This document shows, one piece after another, positions 26,201 through 36,770 of a stretch of DNA of 64,000 bases. The stretch spans positions 62,001-126,000 of the forward strand of contig CBFDEM010000039.1 in the NCBI GenBank assembly GCA_965603825.1, read 5' to 3'. Numbering within the stretch: position 1 is the stretch's first letter; every line of letters begins with the position of its first letter. This stretch comes from Blepharisma stoltei ATCC 30299 (Eukaryota; Protista; Ciliophora). The translations under genes and the position numbers were made by a program. The notes beneath the pieces were generated by a model. It had not been told where the DNA came from and ran no database searches. It worked only from the letters and a program-made list of their open reading frames with translations.

Positions 26201-27458
26201 TCGCTATACAATTCGCAAAAACCTGCAGCCCATTACACTGAATGCATTGATTTATATCATCTCCACACCTCAAGCATCCATTAGAGCACGTATCTTTATC
26301 AGTTAAATACCCCATACAAAATCCGCACTCCTTAATACCACATTCCTGATTTTGGCCACATTTTTTATCTTTATTTTCCTTTCTCATTATATCTTCAGTG
26401 CATTTTTCATTTTTTTCCACACAGATCGAATTCTGAAAATAAGCTGACTGGTTATTTGTTATAACTTGGTAAATAATTGATCTTTGGATATAAAAATCGT
26501 CATTGCAGACTCCATAATTATATAAGCAGCTTGGTACAAGGCAGCTTTCTTTGCATGGGTCAGATTTGTCTCATACTCAATCCTGCATTGTAAAATTATA
26601 ATAAGAGCTGCACCCTGGGGCACACCCACAGTCTCCATAATCATACTCACAGTCAAAATTATTGCATTTTTCATCACAAGTCCCGTCGCCAAGCATACTA
26701 TTAAAACACCCACTGGCGCATTCCCCACAGATTTTATTTTTAAAGTCACAATTTTTATTATCACAAGGGTCATTTTTCTTACAATCTGCCTCATTTAATA
26801 CAGTTTCTGTACAGTTTGGGGCACATAAGCAGTCTCCATTATCTCAATTACATTCTTCATTATTGCAGGCTTTATCACAAACAGTATCATTTAAGTAGTC
26901 AGGCGGGCAATCTGGGGCACAAAATTTATCTGTGCATTTATAATTCCCATATAAGCATTCTTTATTATCACATTCCTTTTTACATTCCGTTAAATTTCCA
27001 TATAAATCTTCTTTAAAACAGCTTTCAGCACATCATCCACAGTCATTATTATCATACATGCAAGCACTAGTATTGCATTCTTCATCACAAACTCCATTGC
27101 CTAGCATATTTTCATAGCAATTTTGATTGCAAAAACCACAGTCGCCTAATTCTCAGCCACATTCAGCAGTGTTACAGTTGTTATTTTCGCAGATTCCATT
27201 GGAAAGTTCAGTGGTGTTGCAACCATTTTCGACGCAGAAGCCAAAGCAGTCTGATTTGGAAAATCTTTCTTTGTAGGTTAAAGTGGACATATCGTAAGAA
27301 TCGTAGTTGCAAGGGGCTGACATACAGAGAGGGTCACAGATGCCATCACCTAGGTAATAGTAAGAACAAAAGGAGCCATCTCCAAAGCAGCTATAAGGAA
27401 AAGTGTCATTTACGTTTGAGGATTGGGAAAAAAGAAATCGCAGCAGAAAGATAAGCAT
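20271..27458 (-). CDS. Giant surface/multi-pass membrane protein, copy B (~2395 aa), tandem paralog of copy A
   Basis: Same 7188-nt length, constant 7679-nt offset at every position checked, intact frame with TGA=Trp. Confidence 0.9.
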
Positions 27459-27823
27459 TAATAAAGGCTAATTAATAAATCTGATCAGAAAGTTTTGTAT
27501 TAAAAAATAATGTGCTTGTGAATTATTTTAATATATAAATGTTATATAAAATATAAGCAGCATTATTAATAAAAACAGCTATTAAAAGCAATAAAATATA
27601 ATTAGCGAAAAACAATTTTAATTATTTTTCTATAATTATATAATAGGATAATGCAAAAGAAATAAGCTAGAATTTCAATTAAGGACCGCTTTCATATGAA
27701 TTCGGTTTTTAGGCTCATGAAAAAGCTGAATTTGTAAATTAATGTGGTATCTTGGCTTATCAAAAAATTCCATAAGTTAATACCATTAGTATATTAATTT
27801 CTAATTTATATTAAACAACCATA

Positions 27824-28120
27824 TTAATTACACTCATTTCTTAGCTGTCTCAAACTAAAATTTTGTGGAACAAGCCCTGTTTGGGGATCTGTTCCTATTG
27901 GTCTTCTGAACAGCATGATATGAGGCTCTGGCCTATGAATTTCATAGTGAGTTCAGCCTCTACTTTGTTGGATTCCGAGCTCTCTTCATTCAGTTTCAGT
28001 TAAAAGCCTGTTCCTGGGCATCTTTTTGTAGAGGGATTTGGGCAGATGGACATGTCTGTACTCATAGACATCATCACTGTACTTTTCAGAGTATTCGATC
28101 TGGTTAGGATAATGCGGCAT
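27824..28120 (-). CDS. CKS1: Cyclin-dependent kinase regulatory subunit Cks1/Suc1 (98 aa)
   Basis: YSEKYSDDVYEYRHVHLPK...LLTETE[TGA]RELGIQQSRG[TGA]THYEIHRPEPHIMLFRRP; both TGA fall at conserved Trp; missed by the ORF track. Confidence 0.95.
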
Positions 28121-28250
28121 TTTCTTTTTATATTGTACCGCCCATTTTGGGATTTCTTTAATATTCGTGACTAATTAGAGCTTTGAGCAGGAGTTAAGTC
28201 TTTTGTTAAAGAGTTCGATGGAAATTTCATATAAAATTTGACTTTTAAAT

Positions 28251-29447
28251 ATGAGAAGGCGGCCACAATGGGATGATTCACTAAGTGATAGAGCACAGCA
28301 TCGTTTAACCTATGCTGAACAGCTGCAACGAAAAGCTTCCCTAGTATCTAAAAACAAAGAAAGTGCTCGCCAAGAATGGCAAGCACAACAAGAAATGCTC
28401 AAAAATGGCAAAATTCCAGAAAAGCTTAAAGAAATAGTTGCTCCACCTCCTAAAAAGTACACATCAAATGCATCAAGAATTGCAGTTGACCCTAAAAACT
28501 CAAATAATCGTCCATCTTCAGCTAAGCCACGCCCATCTATGCAAGAAGCGAAAGTGTCTTTAACACCTTCTAATCGCTGTGCAGTCATTCGAATGACAAA
28601 GCCAATTGAAGAGCAATTTAAAAGCCTTAGTAACTTAGAAAAAGCAATGAATGACTTAGAATCTGCAATGACGCAGGAAGAAGGCTCTGCATATAATAAA
28701 TGCAATACTTATCATGAAAAACAATTATCTGAAGCTTCATTCATAGGAAGCACTCCTATGCATAAATATAATACTTATCATGAAGAAGAATTATCAGATG
28801 CTTCAATATTCTGCTACACTCCAGACGATTCTCAAAGCTGTGTAAGCATTTTAGAAGATAATCCAGTCAATAACTACCATTATACAGAACAGCCTGTGTC
28901 TTTTAACCATCAAAATTTTGATTATCAGACAATAGGCAATTACCAGCTTGAAGGAAATTATCAAAGTATTGGTAATTATCAGACTAAGTGCAATCCTCAG
29001 TCTATTAACAATTATCAGCCTATTAGTGATTGCAAACCTATAGGTAATTTTCAAATTGACAACAAATATATGCCTTCTTATCAGCAAAATGAAGATAAAA
29101 TCGTATATGAGCCTGATGCATTATTTTATGACCCAGGGGAGTTTCAAAAGCCTTTACAAGAAATCGAAGAAAATACTCTAGACTCTGCTGAAAACTTAGC
29201 GAAGCTGCTAGAGCAAACTAGAAAAGACTTAGAAGAGATGAATATTCCCCAAGAAAAAGAGCCTGAATGCTACTCCGAGTCAGTAGTAGAAGTTCCTAAA
29301 ATTTTCTTTGAAGAGGAACTGATCCCAAGACAATTCAACTTAAAGCCAATTACCAGACCACAAATTCCTCGAGTTGGGACGAATTCTTTAGCCATAGGAG
29401 ATAATGTAAGAAATGTACGAATAGATTGCAGAAAGTTCATAATTTAA
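28251..29447 (+). CDS. SPICE1-like (spindle and centriole associated) N-terminal motif protein
   Basis: WDDSLSDRAQHRLTYAEQLQRKASLVSKN resembles the SPICE1 N-terminal WD...HR.T..SKN motif (from memory); remainder low complexity with internal repeats. Confidence 0.65.
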   Translation: MRRRPQWDDSLSDRAQHRLTYAEQLQRKASLVSKNKESARQEWQAQQEMLKNGKIPEKLKEIVAPPPKKYTSNASRIAVDPKNSNNRPSSAKPRPSMQEAKVSLTPSNRCAVIRMTKPIEEQFKSLSNLEKAMNDLESAMTQEEGSAYNKCNTYHEKQLSEASFIGSTPMHKYNTYHEEELSDASIFCYTPDDSQSCVSILEDNPVNNYHYTEQPVSFNHQNFDYQTIGNYQLEGNYQSIGNYQTKCNPQSINNYQPISDCKPIGNFQIDNKYMPSYQQNEDKIVYEPDALFYDPGEFQKPLQEIEENTLDSAENLAKLLEQTRKDLEEMNIPQEKEPECYSESVVEVPKIFFEEELIPRQFNLKPITRPQIPRVGTNSLAIGDNVRNVRIDCRKFII

Positions 29448-29591
29448 ACGAAAATATTTTCATTTGTGTTATTTTATGACTATTTAGCTAAATTTATTAA
29501 GCTCCTCAGATTACAATTATTTTTTAAATTTTGGCTAATTTATTAATTTTTCAATAGTTTTGTTTAATATATAAAATAATAATAATAATAA

Positions 29592-30896
29592 ATGTTTTTG
29601 GTAAAAAATGTTTTCTGAAGGTCTATAGCTAGCAAACAATTTTTATCGTTTACTAAGAAAAATTTATTCGGCACATCCGAAACCGAGAAAATAAAGCAAA
29701 AAATCGCCACAAATTCACCTGATTTATTGCTATATGAAGTGCAGCATTTAATTATCCATTCTCCAGATAATGAAAAAGCTGAAATATTCAAGAGCCAAAA
29801 ACATTTTATATTGAAAAATCTGTCAAAGGTTAGTATGCAATCTATAAGTGGTTTTATTATTGAATACGGGAAATCAGGAATTAATGACAACAATTTAATC
29901 AGCAGTCTTAGGTGACAATTTGTGAAGCTTTCTGAAAAAGGGTATTACTGCAAATATTCACTATCAGCAGCTACTAATTTTCTCATACAGAATTCTAACG
30001 ACAGCTTAATATGTGATTATATTACAAAAATAATTAAGGCTAAGACATATGATCAAATGGATCTAATACAAGCATTTGTTTATCTATCGAGATTCAAAGA
30101 TCATCCTATCATAGAATTATTTCTAAGTGAAATTCCTAAATGCTATGAAGCGGTAGTTAAAAGCTCAAAGGTTCCTGAAGTTTTATGGCAAATGGCAAAA
30201 CAAAATTACCGGAATGATGAATTTTATATAAAAATTGCTGAAAATATCGAAAAGATTCAATTAAAAAATCCAGGAATTGACGTGACAAAGATATTTACTG
30301 CATATGCTTTAACTTATTTTGAGCACAAAGCTATTACAAAAGCGCTTGATTTTTTGATGGAAAATTATCATAGTGTTTTAGCCACTCGATCTTTGAGCAA
30401 TTTATTTCACGAATTAATCAATTGTCCCCTTAGCATTATTTCTCCAAAATCATGGGATATATTGAAAACTGAAATAGAAAGTAGGGAAAATCTAGGAGAA
30501 AACCTGTGAGATTTATCATCTATTTTTCATTGCTACAAAAAGCTAGGTTTTGATATGCAGCCACTATTTAAGCACATAACTGAAGAAAACCTAGAAAAAG
30601 CTAATGGACAACAGCTCGCAGTCATTATTACTTCCCTTAATCAATTCTGCACTAGAGATTGACTGCCATGGCTTAAAAGATTAACCCTTAAGAAAATAAA
30701 TGATATGCACGCGAAATCTGCAATGATGATGGCGATGTTTTGGACGCAAAATTTTTACTGGGACCAAAAATTTTGGGAAGAATTTGAGCCAATTTTAGAT
30801 AAAAAATTAGAAACTATGGATACAAATTTATTAGAAAAAAAATCTCTAGGAATGTATAAGACTATTGGAGCCAGACTAATTAAACTTAAAAAGTAA
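29592..30896 (+). CDS. Alpha-helical repeat protein, possibly mitochondrial (FASTK/RAP-like appearance)
   Basis: Three track ORFs in one frame joined by TGA-Trp; basic N-terminus lacking acidic residues. Confidence 0.65.
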
Positions 30897-30916
30897 AATA
30901 GTTAAACGCCAATTTA

Positions 30917-31390
30917 TTAAGAATTAGCAGTAATAACTCCTTGATCGATTAACACTGGTATTTCAGCAGCCAGCCAAGGGCCTAATGCTAAGCATAAAGC
31001 ATGGGCAATGCCATAGCTAGGCTGCTTTCTTGACCATAATGGTGCAAAATGTATATCTAGGCAGATTTTCCCACCCCTGTACATTTTGTGTGTTTTTCCA
31101 TCAAGTTCAGGTAAAACAAGCTCAATTGGAGTAGCTGGATAAGTTGCAGGGATTTCGAATTCTAAATTGAATTCATATTTTACCAGCTCATGAATATACC
31201 AGCATTTTCCTCTTCAGTGGATCCCTGAATCATCTGGCTCTATAAGAAACCAATCATTATCTTCTGCTTGGCTCATTTCTATATACCTAATTAAAGCTGC
31301 ATATTCCTCTCTTAATCTGTCTGCCCAATTCGGATCCCTAGGCCCTGCATTTACTGTAAGCAAAGGAATTCGATCACCAGCAGATTCCAT
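30917..31390 (-). CDS. UFC1: Ufm1-conjugating enzyme 1
   Basis: [25 protein letters not shown][TGA][33 protein letters not shown]. Confidence 0.95.
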
Positions 31391-31419
31391 TTTAAAATAA
31401 CACTCCAAATAAATTTAAA

Positions 31420-31761
31420 ATGAAAAGAAATGCCAATTGGGCTGAAAATTTTTTTACAGGGAAAGAAATTATAACTGATTTTAGGCTGAATTATTATCAT
31501 TTAGAAGAGCCATTGAGAAAAAATAAAAAATTTAAAAGATCGGCAGCTCTGACTTTTGGATATGCAAAAAACGAAGAAAATAATGAAAATTCGAAAAGAA
31601 AGCACAGTAATTTTGACATAAAAAACAAAAGATTTAAATCGACAGAGCTAAATCAGTTTAAAATTCGTTTTAAGCTTCCAAAGACGTCACTAGCTTTATT
31701 GACAAGGCCTGGGGAAGAGATCATCACTATAAAAGAAGCTATAAAGCTAATGCAAAATTAA
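31420..31761 (+). CDS. Small basic hypothetical protein
   Basis: 113-aa ATG..TAA ORF filling the space between two genes. Confidence 0.6.
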   Translation: MKRNANWAENFFTGKEIITDFRLNYYHLEEPLRKNKKFKRSAALTFGYAKNEENNENSKRKHSNFDIKNKRFKSTELNQFKIRFKLPKTSLALLTRPGEEIITIKEAIKLMQN

Positions 31762-31769
31762 TTAGTTAA

Positions 31770-32855
31770 TTACCTCTTGCTGAAATTCACATAAAAACTG
31801 TTAGAAAGTCCTAGATTTCCAATTTTGACAGAACTTTCAAGATTATTCGCCCCGCTAAATTTCTTGGTCCTCAAAAAACTGGGGCAATAGTCCACATGGT
31901 GGCCTTGTTTTACAGTTAAAGCTTCATTTAAAAATTTCAGCCTAAGCTTCTTACAAGGCTCCTCACTTAGCCTTGCTATTTTTTGCTTATTTTTATCATT
32001 TTTTGCACTATAAGATCTGCCTCTTAGCGACTCGCTGCTTATTGAAGCATTTCCTAGTGGTGTTATAGATTTTACAGGCGTTTGTGTGCAGTCTGTATTA
32101 AATTCTGTGCTAACCAACGAAGAACTGTCTAAATATCCAAATTTTGTGCTGTTTAAAGGAGAAAAGCTTTGGACTTTGGCTTCTTCTCGAGGGGTAGAAA
32201 GCATTGAAGACAGATGAGAATTCGTTATTTTTGGTTTTTCCTTTAGTGCTTTTATCTCTTTGTGAAGCTGGGTTATTGATTTTTCATATTGGTCATTTAT
32301 ATGAGAAATAAATTCATTTTTTTCAATGATGGTATCTTCAAGTACTTTCCGCTTTAGCTCGCTGTTTAACTTTTCAGTTTCCAGCTCAAGTTTGAGTTTT
32401 TCATTGGATTTCATCAGTTTAAGATTTTCTTCTATTAGGCTATACAGCTCTTCCTCCAGCTCTTTTGGGTTTTTATTAGCAAATCTTGAGCTTAAAGCTT
32501 TCCTGTACTTTTCTTCATATTCTTTTTTCACACTTATAGCATGATCTAACTGTAGCTTTATACTAGTAATATCCTCATTTGCATTTCTTATAGAGCTAAA
32601 AGAGCCAATAATTTTTGGCTCGACTTCACTTAACTCTGTCGATTTTTCCAAATTTTCACTGCGGTTTCCTAAGCTTTCGTTATTTTCAATCAGAGAAATC
32701 CTATCGTTGAGGTAGCTGATTTCTGAATCTTTTGCACTTAAATGGGCTTTTAATTCGCTGATTTTAATTTCCATTTGGTTGATTTGGGATAAATAATACT
32801 GGTTTGCCTTGGTGAACGAGTCTTTATTTTTATCTTCAGAGCTTAATTCAGACAT
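31770..32855 (-). CDS. Coiled-coil hypothetical protein
   Basis: 361-aa ORF, heptad-rich N-terminal half. Confidence 0.75.
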   Translation of the reverse strand: MSELSSEDKNKDSFTKANQYYLSQINQMEIKISELKAHLSAKDSEISYLNDRISLIENNESLGNRSENLEKSTELSEVEPKIIGSFSSIRNANEDITSIKLQLDHAISVKKEYEEKYRKALSSRFANKNPKELEEELYSLIEENLKLMKSNEKLKLELETEKLNSELKRKVLEDTIIEKNEFISHINDQYEKSITQLHKEIKALKEKPKITNSHLSSMLSTPREEAKVQSFSPLNSTKFGYLDSSSLVSTEFNTDCTQTPVKSITPLGNASISSESLRGRSYSAKNDKNKQKIARLSEEPCKKLRLKFLNEALTVKQGHHVDYCPSFLRTKKFSGANNLESSVKIGNLGLSNSFYVNFSKR

Positions 32856-32866
32856 TTAAATTATAA

Positions 32867-33598
32867 TTAGCAATCTAAACTATCAATAAAACTTTGCATT
32901 GTATCAAACAAAGGCTGCCCTGCAACAGATTCTATGTTGTTGTGCCCAGCTCCTTCTATATAATAAGTTTGCTTTTTTTGACTTTTGGCGATTTTATAGA
33001 GCTCCTTGGCATGCTGCATAGGAACAATTTCGTCTCGGGTTCCATGTATGATAAGCAAAGGAATAGTAATATTTTTCATTCTGTCGATATTGGCAAACAT
33101 ATCTCCAGGCAGTGTAAATCGAAATTCTAAAATTACTCGATAAATTGAGCTGAGAGGAGTCTGAAGGATTAGGCCTCCTAGTTCTGGATATTTTTCAGCT
33201 AAATAGCAGCTTGGACCTGACCCTAGCGACCTTCCGTATAAAACAATTCTGTTTATGGGGATTTTTAGAATTTCAGTAAGAAATCATAAGGCAGCTTCAC
33301 AGTCTGAATAAACGTATTTTTCACTAGGCTCTATTGAGGTATCAGAATAGCCTGTATACTCATAAAGCATCACATTTGCTTTTATTTTATGAACAAACAC
33401 TCGCTGAACCCAGCTTTCAACTCTGGTGATATCTTCTGCATTGCCATGGGACATGAGAATAGTGTATTTGCGATTGAAGTTAAAAAATTTTGCTGGGATC
33501 ATATTGCCGTCTGCAGTTTTGAGGCAAAGACTGGAACAAAGCTGGCGGACTTTGGGAGGGGGAGGTTGGAATACAATACTAGACATAGAGCATCCCAT
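32867..33598 (-). CDS. ABHD17: ABHD17-family alpha/beta hydrolase (depalmitoylase-like)
   Basis: FQPP, SHGNAED, YGRSLGSGP nucleophile elbow, IIHGTRDEIV, GAGHNN; one TGA-Trp joins two ORFs. Confidence 0.9.
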
Positions 33599-34045
33599 CT
33601 TGAAATTAGTTATGAAGGTTTAAAAGCATTACAGTGAAGCTGATATAATAACGAAATTAAATATTAAATTTTAAGAGAGATTTTTATTATTTTATTTTAT
33701 TTACTGAACGCTGTTCTGGATCTGTTTAAAATGCAACAATCAGCTAGATTAAATAAATTCTGACCAAAAAATTCAAAAAAATCGAAAAATATATATAAAA
33801 TTCACTGAAACTTATTTATATATTTTTTATTTTTTAAAATAATTCTTACGATAATCTTTCCTCCAAACCAAGCATTTAAATGGATTTTAAAATATTCTAA
33901 ATATTCATTTTCGATTTCCTCTCTACAAAGTTCACAATTAAAAAGGACCCTTTCTATTATAAGCGAATAATTATCCATTTTAAAATTCTACTGGAGCTTG
34001 AACTTCCACATTTAGCGTGACGAAATAAATAGTGACATTGATTAT

Positions 34046-35131
34046 ATGAATAACCTTTTTTGTGTAAACGATACCTATAACATGATAAGACACCTCGGGA
34101 GTGGCTCATTTGGACTGGTTTATTTAGGAGTTTCCAAAGATACCCAAGAAGAAGTCGCAATAAAGCTTGAGCCTCTGTTCTGTGAGCATGCTCAGCTTGA
34201 AAATGAAATTGAAGCCTTACGTGATTGCGCAGGCAAAGGGATCCCATCAGTGATTTGGAATGGGTTTCAAAATACATATAAAATTCTCGTTATGGAAAAC
34301 TTAGGTAGTAATTTAGAAAATATCGTCCAAAACAGTAGAAAATTTTCCTTAGAGTCCGCTGTGGAAATTAGTTCCCAAATTTTGCATAGGTTGGAACATG
34401 TACATAAATGTGGCTATATTCATAGGGATATTAAGCCAGAGAATTTTATGATGGGCGCCAAGGAAAATACGTCACGAGTCTATATGATAGACTTTGGTCT
34501 AGCAAAAAAGTACATTAATAGTTATCAGAAGCATATAGCTTATAAGGATGGGTTGAATGTTATGGGAACTCTTAGATTTTTATCTATAAACACTCACCAT
34601 GGAATAGAACAGTCCAGAAGGGACGATTTGGAATCTTTCGTATATCTTATGATATACCTCATAAAAGGCAAGCTTCCTTGGCAAAAATTGAATTGCAAAA
34701 CCAAAGTAGAAATGTTCCAAAGAGTATGCCAGATGAAAGAAAATATGCCTACAAGTGATATTTGCAAGGATTGTCCAGGAGAAGTCAAAGATATGCTTGA
34801 TTATGTAAAGGCGCTTAAATTTGACGAAAATCCTGACTATTCATTTTTGAGAAACTTAGTGAGAAATATCAAAGGAAATATTAAACAAAAATTATCCATA
34901 GATAAAAGCATGGGATTACGGACAAAAAGTTTGCGGACAATGAATAGGAGGCATTCAAAGAAATCTACAAAGAAAGTAACAGCGATAATTTCAATGACTT
35001 CAGAAGACAAAAAATCGCCACTCGCCTTCGATGATGAGTCGACTTGCATATTAACCCAAAAATGGCCAGTTATCACAGACAGAAAAAAGTTAAAAGCGCT
35101 CTTAGGATTAAAAGAAGAAGCCAGAAAATAA
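34046..35131 (+). CDS. CK1: Casein kinase 1 family protein kinase
   Basis: GSGSFG, VAIKLE, HRDIKPENF, DFG, SRRDDLES, LPWQ. Confidence 0.93.
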   Translation: MNNLFCVNDTYNMIRHLGSGSFGLVYLGVSKDTQEEVAIKLEPLFCEHAQLENEIEALRDCAGKGIPSVIWNGFQNTYKILVMENLGSNLENIVQNSRKFSLESAVEISSQILHRLEHVHKCGYIHRDIKPENFMMGAKENTSRVYMIDFGLAKKYINSYQKHIAYKDGLNVMGTLRFLSINTHHGIEQSRRDDLESFVYLMIYLIKGKLPWQKLNCKTKVEMFQRVCQMKENMPTSDICKDCPGEVKDMLDYVKALKFDENPDYSFLRNLVRNIKGNIKQKLSIDKSMGLRTKSLRTMNRRHSKKSTKKVTAIISMTSEDKKSPLAFDDESTCILTQKWPVITDRKKLKALLGLKEEARK

Positions 35132-35152
35132 TTTTTAACAAAATGCTGTTAA

Positions 35153-35755
35153 TTATTTGTAAAAACTTACAATATAATCATATAAATTCTTTGACAGATT
35201 TTCGTCCTCAGGAGGTGTCACATCCACTGTATTCCAATTTTCTTCACTTTTTTCATACACCCATTCTATTACTTCATGAAATCCTTTGGTACAATTTTCT
35301 AAATCTGAGTCATTAGGAATATACAAGTACTCAACCCGAGGATTTTTATCATAATTTAAAGCTTTTATGACGTTTTCTTCGCCAATTTCTATTTTAAAGC
35401 CGCTCGACACTAGCTCGACAATCATGGTCAAGTCACTTCTTTGCTCGTAAAAATCATAAAATCCCATTATTTCTACAAAGGAAGCAGTGTCTGCACTTTT
35501 TTTCCCTTTTTTGGGAGCTTGTGAGATGTCTCGGCAACATCTCACGTCATTAATTTTATAATTCTCGATTTTTTTCCTTAGATCTTCGATTGATCCCATC
35601 CCGAATGTTTTTTTGGTATAATCAATTAAAATAAAACCAACTGTATCAAAGATAACCGGTTGAGAAATGTTATGTTGTTTAGCTTTATTGCGGATATTAT
35701 CTTCAAAATTCTGTAAGCCTCGTCTTTGTCGATTGGAGCATTCACAATTTCCCAT
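35153..35755 (-). CDS. Hypothetical protein with putative N-myristoylation/palmitoylation (MGNCEC)
   Basis: 200-aa ORF, Gly2 plus nearby Cys. Confidence 0.7.
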   Translation of the reverse strand: MGNCECSNRQRRGLQNFEDNIRNKAKQHNISQPVIFDTVGFILIDYTKKTFGMGSIEDLRKKIENYKINDVRCCRDISQAPKKGKKSADTASFVEIMGFYDFYEQRSDLTMIVELVSSGFKIEIGEENVIKALNYDKNPRVEYLYIPNDSDLENCTKGFHEVIEWVYEKSEENWNTVDVTPPEDENLSKNLYDYIVSFYK

Positions 35756-36150
35756 TTTAGCTTGGATAATTTGTAAATATTATGAGCCAAAGGAGTTTCG
35801 ATTTCATATTAACAAATAATTTTATCTAAAATTGATGTTTTTGTAATTTTTATTTCCTAAAAAATAAAAGAATATTTGTAATTTAAAATATTGTATAAGC
35901 AGCATGTTTTATTTACTGGCATTATACATTAATTTATATAATAAAAGATAATAAACAATATTTCAACCTCAATTTTATTCTGATTCCAAAAGTTTAGATA
36001 ATTTTTACCGCTTTTTAATAAGTTCGGTGACAGAATTTGGCGGTTTTACTTTTTCAATATAAATGTGACTAAAATTATTAATAATCACAGCTAGAATCAA
36101 TAATTTGTGCCTTTTTATAAATTGAGCATTTTATTTGACTCTAGGAAAAA

Positions 36151-36687
36151 CTAAGATATTAATATTTTGAAAATTAATGACTTAAAATGGCGTATTGCTC
36201 CTTTATATAAGTCAAAATATAATACTGAAACATTCGTTTCGTTTATAAGCACAGTAAATTGGATTGATGTTACAGACCAGTTTTTATCGCCATAATATAA
36301 AGGAATATATTCTTCAGTTAAAAAATTATTTATCAAATTTATATTTACTATAATAATCAAATCTTACTAATTTAAATTATAATAATTGGAGTTCCAGCTA
36401 GAAATAGTATCCATAACTATTAGTACACCTAATGCATTCGTTGTCGCTGGTGGCATAAGGTTAAAAACCTTTTACCAATAGTCTATCAGGAAAACACTAA
36501 GTCCTCGCCAATGGATGAGGGATGCAATCCAGACACAAATGCTCACTCCATAGGCTCCGTCTCCTACTCAGTTTAGCTTCAGTCCCAAACTCTGTCCAGG
36601 AGCTGGAGTTGCATCAGCTCACCATTGAATAAGAAAAATATCTCTTGCTTAAACCATTTCCAAAAAAATAATAAAAATATTAATCAT
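36151..36687 (-). pseudogene. Possible decayed gene for a secreted/surface protein
   Basis: One frame from ATG 36687 with a signal-peptide-like start and coding-like GC, interrupted by TAA 36649-51, TAA 36472-74 and TAG TAA 36364-69. Confidence 0.4.
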
Positions 36688-36770
36688 TACTCACTGTATA
36701 ATAAAAATTTGATCTCTCTATCATTATTTTGCATAGTTCTAAAAATTATTTTGTAATAATTACTATCACT

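Larger units (their letters stand above)
12521..27757. repeat. Direct tandem segmental duplication (~12521-20072 vs ~20198-27757)
   Basis: Colinear high similarity over the CDS and both flanks, including the last codons of the Tau95 gene and ~290 nt upstream of the giant gene's ATG. Confidence 0.95.

Noticed and set aside
12592-27458. Apparent cluster of many small genes, or a pseudogenised operon, in the ORF track
   Set aside because: The fragments are in one frame per copy and separated only by TGA (Trp); they are two intact genes
27953-27988. Selenocysteine or Cys interpretation of in-frame TGA
   Set aside because: TGA aligns with conserved Trp and interchanges with TGG, not with TGY
36388-36612. 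Possible SRP, RNase P or tRNA gene in a GC-richer intergenic island
   Set aside because: No intact SRP helix-8 motif, no matching RNase P CR-I partner and no cloverleaf found; a decayed reading frame explains it somewhat better, but a Rfam scan is needed
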